Assembly: GCA_000002435.2 (NCBI GenBank)
Contig: CM018789.1
DNA length: 64,000 bases
Strand: one strand, 5' to 3'
From: Giardia intestinalis
Lineage: Eukaryota
Every line of letters starts with the position of its first letter. Position 1 is the stretch's first letter. The translations under genes and the position numbers were made by a program. The notes below the pieces were generated by a model, which had not been told where the DNA came from, searched no databases, and saw nothing but the letters and a program-made list of their open reading frames with translations. Of the stretch, positions 30,360-43,700 are shown piece by piece.

Positions 30360-33300
30360 ATGGGCTTAGAAGTATTTCTATCCCGTCGTCGCCTCAATTT
30401 GACGCGCTTATGCGAGGCTTTAACCCCCACTGTCCCACTCAAGCAAGGAGTGTCTGGAATCTATACCTTGTATTTCATGGATGTATGTGCTATGATCTCA
30501 TCTCCTACCCCCCATCGCGTGCCTGTCGAGCTCCCCAATGGGACTGTGGAGTACATATTTCTTCAACCTTATCTCTCAGCCCTGTATATCCACTTCAAAC
30601 GTGAAGTCAAGCACGAACCTATTTGGTTCTGTGAGGGGCTTCCATTTCACGAAAGACCATTCTTTGCCACTAAGATCAGAGAGTTGTGTGATTTATACCC
30701 TATACTCCTTGGAACAACATCTGCAGAGCTTGACACTCAAGCTAGTTTCATTTCTGTCCAGTGGCTTGTTGTTCGCTCCAGTATTAACACCCACATGCTA
30801 GATTTTATTCTTACATCCCAAGGTTCTTGCATGTGTGACTGTGGTGTAGATAACGTCTCTCACCCCGCTCCCACAGTCCGACCATCAGTTTGTAAAGATG
30901 CAGAAGTGATCACATATACTAGACAAGCTCTTTCTACAGAGCCTTCTGCTAGCATAGAAGCGGGATTCACGGTTGATCCGGGGACATCCATCACCGCACA
31001 TGCCAGCCAACTGACGACCTATCAGAACTCCTTGGTTGAACTCCACGAAAGTGCTGCATCAGATTGTAATTACTCAACGCTTCAGCAAAATAAAAACTAT
31101 CACGATCCCATAGATATCCTTGACGAAGCTATTACTCAAGGAAGGGAAATACGCTGCTGTCTTCACTGCGGTTTTCCCATTTTGCCAGGCTTTCTATCTA
31201 GTAGGCGGGGCATGACTTCGTTTCTTACTTCTTTCAATTTCAGGTATGCGCCCCCTGGAGCGAGTCTTTCGTCAGCTGGGACCATTGACGGCTTTCTTTT
31301 AAGCCGGCCCATCGACAGCCCAACAGCCTCTGCGAGGTCACCACCGAGAGGACTGACTTCATCTGTCCTTAAGATGGACGATTTCGATAGCATATTTGCA
31401 GGCAGTGTCTTTATCAATTCCTTACAAGCCATGCTTCCACCGCCCTTAACACTTCTGTTAGACACCAAGGCTGAGCTGGCAGAGTTTGATGCATCTGCCG
31501 TGGCCCTCGAGAATTCCACCGTGATTACCATCAATAAACTTCAGCAGAAGAGCTTCTTATCACGGCGGTCCCGCAACCTGGTGAACCATCGCAAGTCTAA
31601 TTCTGGGATTTCAGTTTCTCATCATATAAGAAAGGCAAGTACCATGGTTTCTCTCAGCAATAACGTCAGTCTATGCGCTTACCAGGGAGTGGAATCCTTT
31701 ACAAATGCAAGCATGGAGGAGGATCCGATTCAGTCTCCCTGCAACCTATCCTGTAGTGATACCTCTCCTATGAGAACTACGCTTGCAGATAGCAAAGCAG
31801 ACCACGCCAGAGAGCTTAATGCAGATTTACACGGAGGGCAGAACCATGCAAGAAATGTTCTTAAGCAAGGACCTATTGGAAGACAGACCTTAGATATAAC
31901 TATTACAGATAAGAAACCTGATAGTTGTTCAAAGTCTGCGAAAGTTGTTGGAGTTAATCCGTTCACACAGCAATGGCTAGAATCTGACCGAATTAGCCCA
32001 GTAGGCAAATCACAACAGCGTAAAACATCCTTAAAAATGCACTCGTATAACAACCAAACAGTCACGATAAGCTCATCCGATATCGCGAATAAGCCCCTCT
32101 CAATGCCTAGTGGTCCACTTACAAGCTCTAAAAAGAACGTCCCACGAAGTACCAGTGTGGAAAGTAAGGGAAGCCTACTCAGCGGAGTGAGCTCGGGTAT
32201 ACGCATAGCCACCAAACTTAGCACGGATTCCAAGCTGAGCCAAAAGAAAATAGTTAACCTTGTTATCAAGGATGTCACAAATAATAGTTCATTAATGCAA
32301 GATAGTCAAGCAGACTCCATAATTCATAATGAGCAAAATGATTCTTTTCTAACTTTTACGAATGACAGGGCCCAGAATGCCTCAACTTCGGCTTCTTCTT
32401 CAATCAAAAAGGCATCTGGAGCCCGGAAAAAAGTAGATATAAACGGTTATGTGCCAATTACTACGAAAGGAAAAGTCGAGACTGTTACAATCAATCTACA
32501 TCGAATGGATACGTCCCCTATTCGCCCCCGTTCCCCAGTACACTCATCGTTTAACGAGGAGCCATCCCAAGACTCTATTATTCATGGTGCCCACTCTCTA
32601 GAGCCAATTGGAGGGGATTCGTGTTCCATGTCTGGATTGGAAGACTCCGACGAGGCAGTATCCCCTTCAAATTTAAATTCGACCAACAGCAAGCAACCTA
32701 AGAGTCAGACAAATGGACGAGACTATCGAGAGTTCACTAAGACTCCGTCGATCAATACAATTGTCCCTCTTGGCACAGCAGCGGGTACATCTGCGGAGCC
32801 ACGTAGCGTCGCTACTGCGTCATTAAGCATACTGACTGCTCTAAGGGCATATCACATTGTTACTACCAGGAAACGGATGATTAAATCTAAATTGCGGAAC
32901 ATTGGTCCCAGTATTTTGGAGCCTGCGCTTGCTTCACAGTTATATAGATCATCCCACTACACACATCTGGTCTTCCGTTGGTGCCTCATTAATGAAGATT
33001 TTGCCCACTATGTTGGATCTATTCGACGACAGAGACGGGTCACAACGCTCAACCCCATGTGTGAGAACTACAAGTGGATTAAGGACTCGTTAGGGTTTCA
33101 TAATATAACCATGTACCTGACATCCATGCTGATACGCGATATCTTAGATTGCATTCCCTTGCCAGATAAATCTAATAAGGGCAAACTGGTTCTTCATAGG
33201 TCAAAGGGTGGTGCCATTAAGGATGTAGAAGTGGATCAAGAAGCAAGCACAGAGGACCTGGTAGCGCCGGACGGGCCTTCGTTACTCAACTCCACTGATA

Positions 33301-34739
33301 TAAGCCTGACAGCGTTTGTTATTACCGGATTTAAAAAGTTACTGACATCAATTGCAAAGCTATCAGATATCTTCAAGTATCGCTCCCCCGATGACAATAT
33401 GAATGAGCCTCTTGATACTGAAACAGCTCTGGGTACGGTGGACAAGCATGTCACTTTATCACTGACACGGAAACAGTCCCAGAAATGCAAGAAGAAGTCG
33501 TCTATCCAAGTGTCTCCGAAGCCAGTTGCGTCCCCATCATACTACAATCTTTACAATCTGCGGCGGATTGTCTCTCAAATGTATAGATACCTGTATAGGT
33601 ACGCGGATGCGGATGGCTCTGACCCTTACACGATCTTGAACAAGCTAGATCCTCTGGTATTTAAGTCTTTATCTACTAGGCAGCAAAGCTACTTGTCACA
33701 CAACCTTCAGCGAAGTAGCGCCGTCTCTCTTCAGCACACCCATATCTCTGTTTTTACCGACTCAGAGCTAGATGCACAACAAGACATTGATGCGTGCATA
33801 GATAATTGGCTGAGCCCCGGTCAGTCACAGACACCTGAAAGTCCTAACTTTGAACCACTTGTTTGTGACAACAACTACGATATCAATACCAACATCCCGG
33901 CTCTGGCCGTTTATCATTCATTCAATAGTGTGTTTTGGAGCAGTACTATCAGATCAGAGCATTTAAAAGACTACCTTTTACCCCATGACCAGCTCTTTCA
34001 AACAATCGTCACCAAGGATATATTGCACAACCATTTTGAGCCCATTCGAACTAATTCCCTAGGGACAGCAACTGCTAGTTCAACACAGGATCTAGAAGGC
34101 GTCAACGATAGTAGCGCAATGGGGAGTCACTCTTTTAATGTACCGCTTGATATTTGGAAAGATAGCCAGATCTCAGATAAAGCCTTTCACGATTTGTCCG
34201 ATGGGCATCTCACCAATATCATACCTGGGAGATCTGCCGTATACCGCTCTCAGGCGCTCAAAGTAACAGATGATGGCAACCTTGCTATTCGGCAGCAATC
34301 GCATCACGAGCTGGGGGATTTGCTGGCAAAGATGTCTGTTCACATGGATCAGGGTACTCTTGTTGTAGGCTCTACTGACTCGGGCGCATACACCACGGGG
34401 TCTCCTGTCTCTAAGCCCCTCTTTCTATCTTCTCCCAGCCTTATAGATCTTCCCTTATATAAGTTTCTTGTACCGGATGAGGCCGCTGGCTTGGACCTAT
34501 CTTATAAAACATTTGGTGCAGGCTTGAGCAACGAACGTCTAATATTGAATACCTACTTTTATACCAATAGGTTTTTCATCCCACAACCAAATAGATTGGC
34601 TATGTTTAATATCTTGGCAATATCTGGCGGGCTGTTCATGAGCCGAGACGAGCGTCTATCGATGGAAACAATCATGCGTGAAACACTTGCATGTCTACAT
34701 TTAACCTATTACGATCTAGATTACTACTATTATACTTAG
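30360..34739 (+). CDS. Hypothetical Ser/Thr-rich protein (1459 aa)
   Basis: It is a long ORF with extensive low-complexity S/T/N-rich segments. I recognised no motif. It ends 40 bp before the VPS13-like gene. Confidence 0.5.
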   Translation: MGLEVFLSRRRLNLTRLCEALTPTVPLKQGVSGIYTLYFMDVCAMISSPTPHRVPVELPNGTVEYIFLQPYLSALYIHFKREVKHEPIWFCEGLPFHERPFFATKIRELCDLYPILLGTTSAELDTQASFISVQWLVVRSSINTHMLDFILTSQGSCMCDCGVDNVSHPAPTVRPSVCKDAEVITYTRQALSTEPSASIEAGFTVDPGTSITAHASQLTTYQNSLVELHESAASDCNYSTLQQNKNYHDPIDILDEAITQGREIRCCLHCGFPILPGFLSSRRGMTSFLTSFNFRYAPPGASLSSAGTIDGFLLSRPIDSPTASARSPPRGLTSSVLKMDDFDSIFAGSVFINSLQAMLPPPLTLLLDTKAELAEFDASAVALENSTVITINKLQQKSFLSRRSRNLVNHRKSNSGISVSHHIRKASTMVSLSNNVSLCAYQGVESFTNASMEEDPIQSPCNLSCSDTSPMRTTLADSKADHARELNADLHGGQNHARNVLKQGPIGRQTLDITITDKKPDSCSKSAKVVGVNPFTQQWLESDRISPVGKSQQRKTSLKMHSYNNQTVTISSSDIANKPLSMPSGPLTSSKKNVPRSTSVESKGSLLSGVSSGIRIATKLSTDSKLSQKKIVNLVIKDVTNNSSLMQDSQADSIIHNEQNDSFLTFTNDRAQNASTSASSSIKKASGARKKVDINGYVPITTKGKVETVTINLHRMDTSPIRPRSPVHSSFNEEPSQDSIIHGAHSLEPIGGDSCSMSGLEDSDEAVSPSNLNSTNSKQPKSQTNGRDYREFTKTPSINTIVPLGTAAGTSAEPRSVATASLSILTALRAYHIVTTRKRMIKSKLRNIGPSILEPALASQLYRSSHYTHLVFRWCLINEDFAHYVGSIRRQRRVTTLNPMCENYKWIKDSLGFHNITMYLTSMLIRDILDCIPLPDKSNKGKLVLHRSKGGAIKDVEVDQEASTEDLVAPDGPSLLNSTDISLTAFVITGFKKLLTSIAKLSDIFKYRSPDDNMNEPLDTETALGTVDKHVTLSLTRKQSQKCKKKSSIQVSPKPVASPSYYNLYNLRRIVSQMYRYLYRYADADGSDPYTILNKLDPLVFKSLSTRQQSYLSHNLQRSSAVSLQHTHISVFTDSELDAQQDIDACIDNWLSPGQSQTPESPNFEPLVCDNNYDINTNIPALAVYHSFNSVFWSSTIRSEHLKDYLLPHDQLFQTIVTKDILHNHFEPIRTNSLGTATASSTQDLEGVNDSSAMGSHSFNVPLDIWKDSQISDKAFHDLSDGHLTNIIPGRSAVYRSQALKVTDDGNLAIRQQSHHELGDLLAKMSVHMDQGTLVVGSTDSGAYTTGSPVSKPLFLSSPSLIDLPLYKFLVPDEAAGLDLSYKTFGAGLSNERLILNTYFYTNRFFIPQPNRLAMFNILAISGGLFMSRDERLSMETIMRETLACLHLTYYDLDYYYYT

Positions 34740-34778
34740 TCACTTGTAAACAGATTACGAATAAATTTTAGTTCCAGG

Positions 34779-37700
34779 ATGTTTAATGAAATTCTCACCA
34801 GAATACTGACCAAGTATATAAACAAGTATGTGTACGAGCTGAACTCCGCCAGCATGCGCAGCAGCCTTCTTCGCGGGATTGTTGAGCTGAGCAATCTCTT
34901 CATCAGACCAGAGGCACTGGATATGCTTCAAGGAGTTCGATTGGCGTTCGGATACGTTGAACATATGTCCTTGCGGATCCCGTGGCAAAGCTTCTGGAAG
35001 GAGAATATTTCCATAAAGGTATCAACAGTTTATGTGGTGGTTTACGGCTGCAGCCCTGACCTGACAGAGGATGCTATCAGGCAACAAGTACTCAGCAACT
35101 TCAAGAACAAGTTGAAATCGTTGATTCGAATGGAACAGCGTATTCTAGAACAGAACAAAGAGCAAATCATGCTGGAGGTAGGTACTACGGCTAAGACAGG
35201 GTCGCAGAAAACAGGAAAAATGAAACGGTGGATACTGTGGCTGCAAAACCTTGCCATAAACAACATCTCTCTAGCTATTAACAATGTAGCCATCTTGTGG
35301 TCGGCCCCTGAGTTAGGGGGAGTGTCTGGAGCGCTGTGTCTTCAGAGTATGCTCATAGCCACTGCAGATAATTCTGTTATAGACAAGTCAGGGTTGAAAG
35401 AAAAGGATTGTATTCTTAAAGATCTGGCTTTTCGCTATTATCTCGTCAGTGCGGATGAGCACCCTGATCACAACTATAACAGTCTCGCTGAATGTGAAAG
35501 GGGGCTCTCATTTTGGCGTCCTCTATTCGAAGGCCCAGCCTATATAACAGTGGTTGATCCTCTTCAGGTTACCACTAGAATACAGCTGTGCCGTAACTTT
35601 GCTCATGAAAACAAACCATTTGTCACCATCCAGTTGCAGATTCCTAACCTCTGCGGCTGCACAGATCTACAGACCATATTATCACTTATAGAATCTTTGA
35701 ACAAGAGCATGGCCGCTGGCGAGTTTGCGTTTGCGCTAACAAGTAATGAGATAACGCATCTAGGTAAGAATAGTTCGCCAGATGATGCAATAAGATGCCT
35801 GGGAAAAGTGTTAATTCGTAGCCAAGCCATAAGCAAGATAGAGGCATTGGTGTCAACTGAAAGTGGGGGACGATTGTCCTCATTGAAAGACCAACTGCAT
35901 AGAACCTTTAAAAAGCACTATCTTTCGCATCTACGATGCAAGTACATCATGCCGCTATTGCCCAAGTATGGTGATGCACCTGCCGTAAGTACATTCAATG
36001 ACGAGTATCTAAACGCAGTGCAGGACGTTATCGGTTATGCAGGTCACTCCGCTCAAACGCTTGCCGAGCTCACGGCATCTATCCCTACGCCTGTCATAGC
36101 TAAACTGCAACAAGAGTGTTTCTCAGCATTTCTTCACAATTTGCCAGAGAACATAGAGCAGTCGAAACGTGAAGCTTTGACAAAGGAATCGGAAACCAAT
36201 GAAGACAGTACACCAACAAGGCTGAGCAAGAAAGATTTAGCTGAACTTCAGAAATTGGCAGGTGTGCCATCTAAATTAGACATTAGTGACATGGGGAACA
36301 GCTCAGATTCCGGAGAAGAAAGATTGGAACTCGTTAAAATTGTTGCATACCTAAAGGGAGTAGACATCAGTGTTTGCGAAAAGATTGCTGACTGCTCCAT
36401 TGGTTCCACATCTGCCAAACTATTAAGGTTATCTCTACAGACAATCAGTTGTGCGTTTAGTCTTTTTAAGTCGACAGACTTTACATTCTTATGCGAGCTG
36501 AGCCGCATTCGAGGAGAATGCGCAGCAGTAAAAGAACCGGTGTTAACTACACTCAGCGAGTCTTCTGCCTTTTCTATAGAAATCTGCAGCCCTGGTCGCT
36601 TAGGAGGATCCATGTGCATTAAGAGTCTACTTGTGCCTATTCAGGTGATGTGCGTTCCCAGCCTGCTACCATTTGTAGTCAACTTGATGACCGTGTTACA
36701 AAACACGTTCTCTAATAATGTCAAAGTGCCTATACAAAAGGCTTCGTCACTGGATCTAGTTACGCTTTATAATGAGATTGACAAGGGCATCACCACTTTT
36801 CTTCAAGAACGTGCCGCTACCCTTGAGCTAGACCTTGAGCTGGGCGCCCCAGTGGTCACAATCTCCGCTCCAACAATAACTTCGCTTAGCTGCTCACTCG
36901 GTCAAGTGTCCATTAAATCCTTGCATTTTCTGTCAGAGATAGACCATCCCAAACTGACACCCAAACCCCAAACACTGGTACTATTTGTGAAGCTAAGTGA
37001 TACAGCCATCAGCATGAAGAGTAATACCAAAGATGGCTCAATTGATGGGGGGACTATAGAGACACATGTGGAGGAAGAGACTATTGTAAGGCCGTGCTCA
37101 GTAAGCATCTACTTACAGATTCCCTTGGTAACTGGTCCAATGATCGCTGATGTATCTCAAAGTCTATTCGATATTGTGCTCACAACAGCCAGTATCCAAT
37201 CGCTGATGCTCTTATGCAGTAGATATGCTTATGAGTTGCTTCACATACCGATCCACAGACAAAACGCAATGAACGCAGTAGCGCCGTCATTGCACCAAGA
37301 TCACCAAGGTACCTCAGTACAACAAAAACCTGATACGGAAGATAGACTAGAGCAAACGATGCTGCTACTGCGAAAGAACACAGCCACAGTTATTATTACT
37401 GTAACTTTAGAAGGGGCAAAGCTGGCCATAGGAGACGCAAAAGAAGTTGAGGCTTATGTCGGACAAGGATATCTTGAAGTGTATGTTATGACAGCGCAGA
37501 ATAAAACCAGTTATGCCAAGTTCAAAATGAGCATGCTCGACTTCTTTGTTTGCGGTACTCCGGTAGCCTATCTAACAAGCGAAACAGAGGACTACGAGGA
37601 CGACAAAATAGCCTCGGGATCATGGTCAATAGATAAAGGAATCACCCTAAAGCTCGCGATTGGCATGTTGCACATTATTGCAGATGTAATACTCTTCATC

Positions 37701-40700
37701 AGACTAACTTCTGTGTTAGAGAAACTCTTGCAGTCTTACACTGATGCAGGACTAGCCTTGCTATGGAGCCAGATATCTCATAAGTTTTCTTCTTCGCAAG
37801 CCCCATCTCGGCCGTCACTGCAAGAGCGCAACGAAAGTACCATCGCTCTACTTGTAGATTTTGCTGGATTGGAGATTCATCTACTGAGCACTCCCTATCT
37901 ACTCCCAATTTCATCTGACTTAGAACTGGCCTTAGATTTAAACATGGACACTGCTCTTATCTGTACTGCTAGACTGAAGTCTGTATACTTTAACATAGTA
38001 CTTGATTCCACCGATGTATTCATTAACTGGTCTTTCCATGAGTGCGTCATTGAAGGCTCGGAATCAGAGCCAGCTAGAGTCACCATGCTGCAGTTCATAA
38101 CACCGGTTACATCAGAGGTCTGCGCAATAGGATGCGTTCACCTTTATAGCTGTGTATCCTACGATCCAAATCTGCTTCTCCACGCCCAGATAACTAGTGA
38201 TATTTTAATTACTATCAATGGGCGCTTGGTGCAATATCTGTTGCATAGTGGAGGTCTTCTAGTAGATTGCCTACTCCGGATTAAGGAGTTACTGGGGGGT
38301 GATCTCAAGGTTCAGTCAGCGGGGAATACCACAGCCAAGAGTCCATCCCGCATTTCCTGTAACATCTTCTCTCCCTCATTCGAGATAAGTATCCCGGTTC
38401 AGGCTGACTATCCCAGCCCGCAATTCTCTTTACATCTAATCAACTTTGAAATGTCCACAGACCAAGCACCAGGATCCCCTACCATTAGCCTATATGGATG
38501 CCTTGAACAACTGCTCTTTGAGTTTGTGGACACAATAGAGGGACATGGATGCGCTCACCGTACAATTTGCGCATACGACAGGTTAGAAATTTTGATCGAA
38601 AGAACGCATAGAGTGTACCGTCAAGAAAGACGTGATATCTCTGACAGTCCGCAAGAGTGTATCCTTTTAGCGCACCAGCTCATTGCCATTGGCCTACCAG
38701 AGGTCATCTGCGTATGTCTTACTCCACAAATGCTTCACGCAGCAATGGAGTTGATTGGTGCAGATAGAAATCTAGGGTTTAGCATTGTGGACGATGCCGA
38801 CGAATCAAAGTTGCGAAGCATCAAGCAGACTATAGACGCCCGCGTAGAAGATGGTCAAGCGCAAGATGGTATTAGTGGTTCAGTAGACACAATAAGGAGC
38901 ATAAATAGATTGCTAGCACACGACTTCAAAGGGTTTTTAGGACAAGATATAATGTCTACCCGTGCACAATTAAAGCTTGATGATTCCTTTATAGATATGA
39001 TTGAACAGGAATATATTAATGCTTCTAGTACAGTAGACGAGGAACATGCACAGTTGGATCACTTGAACCAATTCTGTCCACCAGTAGTCAATACCTTTAA
39101 AATGTCATTGTGCACCTTGCATGTGAAGTTATTGGACAGGACAGGGACCTTGATTGATTGTAAGCTAAACAAAAGCAATATAACACTGGAGCGGACAGCC
39201 GATCTACAGGCGAGTGGATTTATAGAATCGCTAACCCTGAAGGCCACAGAATCTTTATTTCCTCTCTTCAGCATTACTCAAGTGACGTTCCAATATAAGC
39301 ACGACTCCATTCATAGGCAAGCGACATTGCTGCTAGCACAGAAAGCAAACCTCACGGTAGTTGTGGATCACATAGCTATTAGCATGGTCTTCTCTCTATT
39401 GGAGTTGGTGCATACGCCATCAGCAGCATACATCTTGGCCCGTCAGGCAAAGCAAGAACTGGTTAGCTCCATCAATGAAAAGGTTTCCGTTCTTCAAGAA
39501 AGAACTACGTCACAGATGAACAAAAGAAATGTCTCTCACGCTCTACTCTCTGCTCTCCACGTCTCTCAAACGAAGAAAACCGTAACAACAGATAAGCCTA
39601 CAATGGAGATAAGACTTTCTCTGCTCACAGTCAAATTTGTAATTATTGTGTCCGTAAACGGGCCAAAAGAAGGAAGCAAACTAGAATCTCTTGAACATGT
39701 AGCGCTTCATGCAGATATAAGTATTGTCACAAGCACATCTTTCAGACAAAAGTACATTATCAGTGAAGCCGAGTGTCGAGTGCAGGATTTCTTTAAGCAC
39801 ACCGAACTATGTGTTGCCCTAAACTTAGATAAGTGCAGAATAACTTCATGTCTGGCTGGGTGGGAGACCGGAGCTGAGAGCATGCAGTTAAATAACATTA
39901 TATTAGTGCCAAAACTGTCGTGCACCTTTACCGCAGTTTCTACAGATATGCAGGGGAGTTATACGGAGGATAACAGACAAAAGGATATTGTTTTGAACAA
40001 GCAGTCTTCCTCAATGGATGTGACAATCGAAAAACAAGCCGAAATAACTATCTCATCCAGGCTCCTCTGTGTGTATCTCCTTGCCAAAGAACGACTTCTC
40101 GGGGCTATTCCAAACAAAATAATTAAAGAAACCAAGCAGATTGCAAAAGAAAAGTTAGAAAAAATAAAATCCAAATCGATTGAATTTTTGAAAGGAGCCT
40201 CCGATTTCCAGGCAGAAAAAGTGGGTAATGCCTTGGTAGATGCCTTTCCTACTGCCGTGCTCAATGCTACTCCTATTATGGTCAGCGGTTTTCATTTTCC
40301 TGTCTACACCATATCAAGCAAGACAAAGGTTGAACTATCTTTCAAAAACCATCCGTTGTTAGTATCACTTACCTCTTCACAAAACATGTGGCCTCTTTTT
40401 ATTGTTGGATGCAATGACATTCGATGCATATATGAAAACGTGCCGGAAGCAGACCCCAATGTGCCTCATCAAACGCTAGCTCTGACAGCATTGTTGTATG
40501 CAAAGTCTTACAACGAAGCACTGAAGTCGTATGACGCCCTGCTATGCTCGACTCCGATAGCGCTCAGCTATAAACTGCAATCAAGATCACTTGCCTCAAC
40601 TGTTGCTGCTAACGAAGCACCAGTGGACACGCTGTCTATGCACAGCACATACAAAACCATATCTGCAGAAATCTCTATCTCTTTTAGTGTCCAATCCGAA

Positions 40701-43700
40701 CTCCTTGTACTTCTCACCCCAACGGCACTGCTTGCTATGATGCATTTCATTGGCACTTTTTCTATGCCAGCTTCTAAATCACTGAAAGCGAATAATGCAC
40801 AGAAAAATACAAACCTAATATTAGAGCGTCAATTTGGCGAAGATGAAACAACAGACCAGTCTCTTATCTCATCTATCTCTGCCGCCTCTCCTCAGTCAGC
40901 AGAGTCTGAAGGACAGCAAGTAATAGAATTCTATCCTAGCGGTATTGTCCAAGTGGTTAAAGTATATAGTGGCTCGTCAGAATGCAGCGCCCACTCAGCG
41001 CTGGGAGGAGCCCTTGTTTTTTACGTATCCTTAAGCAAAGTAGAAGACGCAAGCATGTGGGTTGAATTGCTAAGTGAAGGCGTAATAAAAACAATTCAGC
41101 TTCCTCTGTGCATTCTTCTATTTCACGAACAGTATAATATTGACGAAAGTTGGGGATTTGTGTTTATCAACCAGAGCTCCAGGGTTGAGGTGCACTGTCT
41201 CTCCACCTGTATTCTATTGAATTACACTACACGCGATTATTCTTTTATAGCGGAAGCTCCCATGAGTAGCTCAATCAGATCAACCGATCAGCTGAACAGC
41301 TCCACGGAAACCATGAGCACTATGCTGTCGAGTATGCCAAGTACTCACTCGACAACCGTGTGTACTAGCGTAGAGTGTAACGGCCATGATAGACCTCAGC
41401 TGTCAGGGACCCTGGGCAAGAGTTCATACGTTTCTGTCCCCACAACAGTAGTATCTCTTCAGATTTCCTACAAGAACAACAGTCCCTTGGAACTGCTCTA
41501 CTATTTGCATCACCCAGCAACAAATCCACTGGAAACATTCATAACAGAGAAGGGATATGAATACCTGAAGTTTGTGGTTTTCACAGTACATCTATTCGGC
41601 CGTCCTACGCAAGTTATTCAATTAGTTCCAACGCACTTCATCACAAATGGAATGCCATGTATAGCAAACTTGAAGTTAAGCTATATGCGGGCAAGAGATA
41701 GTAACTCCGAGCCGGAGACAGGAGAACAGACGGCTGCTCTTGCTCCAGTAGAAATCTTTACGCTGAATACATCGCTTAAAGATAAGATTCAGTTAGCATC
41801 ACTTTCAGTTGAGTTGCAGTATGGCGTTGAATCTTATAAGTATATCCTCAAATCCACATATAGCCTAACCTACAATGAAGACTCTATGCCAGCACAACCC
41901 GTAGCTTTGGACCTAGTGCCGGCGCGTCAAGACAGCACAGAAGTGTACCACTGCAATGTTAGCATAAAGAAACAGACCATGAAGAAGACCACCAGAGTAG
42001 ACATATCGCTGCTCAAGGGGCTATATGCTCCCTCAGCTGTCGAAATAAATATCTATGCGACTGCCCTGTTACAAAACAATACCGCACCGGAGCTTTCGTT
42101 TTGCATTTTCCGCCTGGATAGCAAGTACGATAAAAGGACTCAGATTACTAGCTTAGTGAAGTATGAGGAGGCATCTATCATATGGGGCAAGTATTCTGAT
42201 TCAATAAAGCTGAGTGTATCTGTGTTGCCAATCATGCAGAGCGGCAGTCCCATTCAATATCACAAGTCAGACAGCTTTCGGCTGTCAACAGTTGCAGGAT
42301 ATCGCTTGCATCGCATGCACACTAAGACAGAAAGGAAGAAAGTGACACTATTTGTATGTTCGATAAGCAAGCAGCTAAAGGGCTCACCATCAATGATATA
42401 TACATTGCAGGCAGCAATGAAGGTGAACAATTGGATGCCGAGGCCGATCAATGTGCTTATAACTCCCTGGGATCATAAAGATAAGACTGCACAAAAGGTA
42501 GTATGTGCCAATTCAAATGCTAGTGTTTCAGTATTTGAGTTGCCTGGCATCAAAGAAAGATTGGTAGACTATGCTATCAGGTTTCCAGAGGACCAAAAGG
42601 ACCTTCTTAAACGGCTTAAAATAGGATACTCCAAGGAGCTACTTCATATAGATTCTTCCTTGGCAGTTGTGGAGGTCCATTGCACAGAATACAAACTTGA
42701 TATTACAGTTCGGCCCCCCACAACAATTGACGATGTTCAGCTAAAAGTATATAACTCCTTAAATCTAGACTTATATTGCTCTTACAAGCATAGCTCACAG
42801 CGCACGAAGTATACCGTTGCATCTAAGAGCACAGCGACACTCTACTTCCTACTTTCTGACTTAGACTTCTATCATCAAAAGTCAAACGGAGTCTTTTCTC
42901 AAATATTCTGCATTAAGATGGCACCACTTAGCACAGATGTGGAGTTTTACGACCCACGGTCAAAGAAAAAATGCCACGCAAAGCTGCTCATTGGAGAGGG
43001 TGCTATCCACTGTAAAATCTTTTCAGATAATGAGACCTTACCAGAGCCAGCTATAGGCCATTATGATGTTAACCAGAGAGTGCTTATTAATGCAAATCTA
43101 GAAACGAAAAAGATAAGGGTTCTTTTGGTGGGGCCAGATGATAGTGATTTTTCCCGCAGAAGAGAATATGTCTCTCTCAGTACAGCATTTGTAGATATTG
43201 TTTGTTTGGTGAGCGCACAATACTACTTAGTAAGTGCGCAGGTGGGGCAAGTGTCCCTTGAAAATATCTTAGGGTTGACCAATCAGCCGAGAATATTGCA
43301 CCTAAAGCCTGTTAAGCCCACTAAAGGACCATATCAAAAGAGGTCTGCGCAAAAGTTATCGTTAATAAAAAACCCGGAGACACCTGCTATCATGGCTATG
43401 GCCTCTTTATCTACGAACCTTTCTATTTTAGACGTAGATCGCTTCAAAATCAAGATGGGTAAGCTGAACATCCACATTGATCAATCGACCATAGATGTCA
43501 TCCTCCGGTTTCTTCGGATAAATGCGCTGCTTTCAATATCCTTTCAGATTGAGTCTACGGAGTGCCAGTCACTACAAGCTGAAATACATTATCTTCTATC
43601 CCACATGAGCAGAGAGGACAGCAGATACTATGCACTATTGCGCAAGTTATGCAATTCTGTATTTAATGCTACAACCCAAGCAGAAGCATGCGAAAATAGC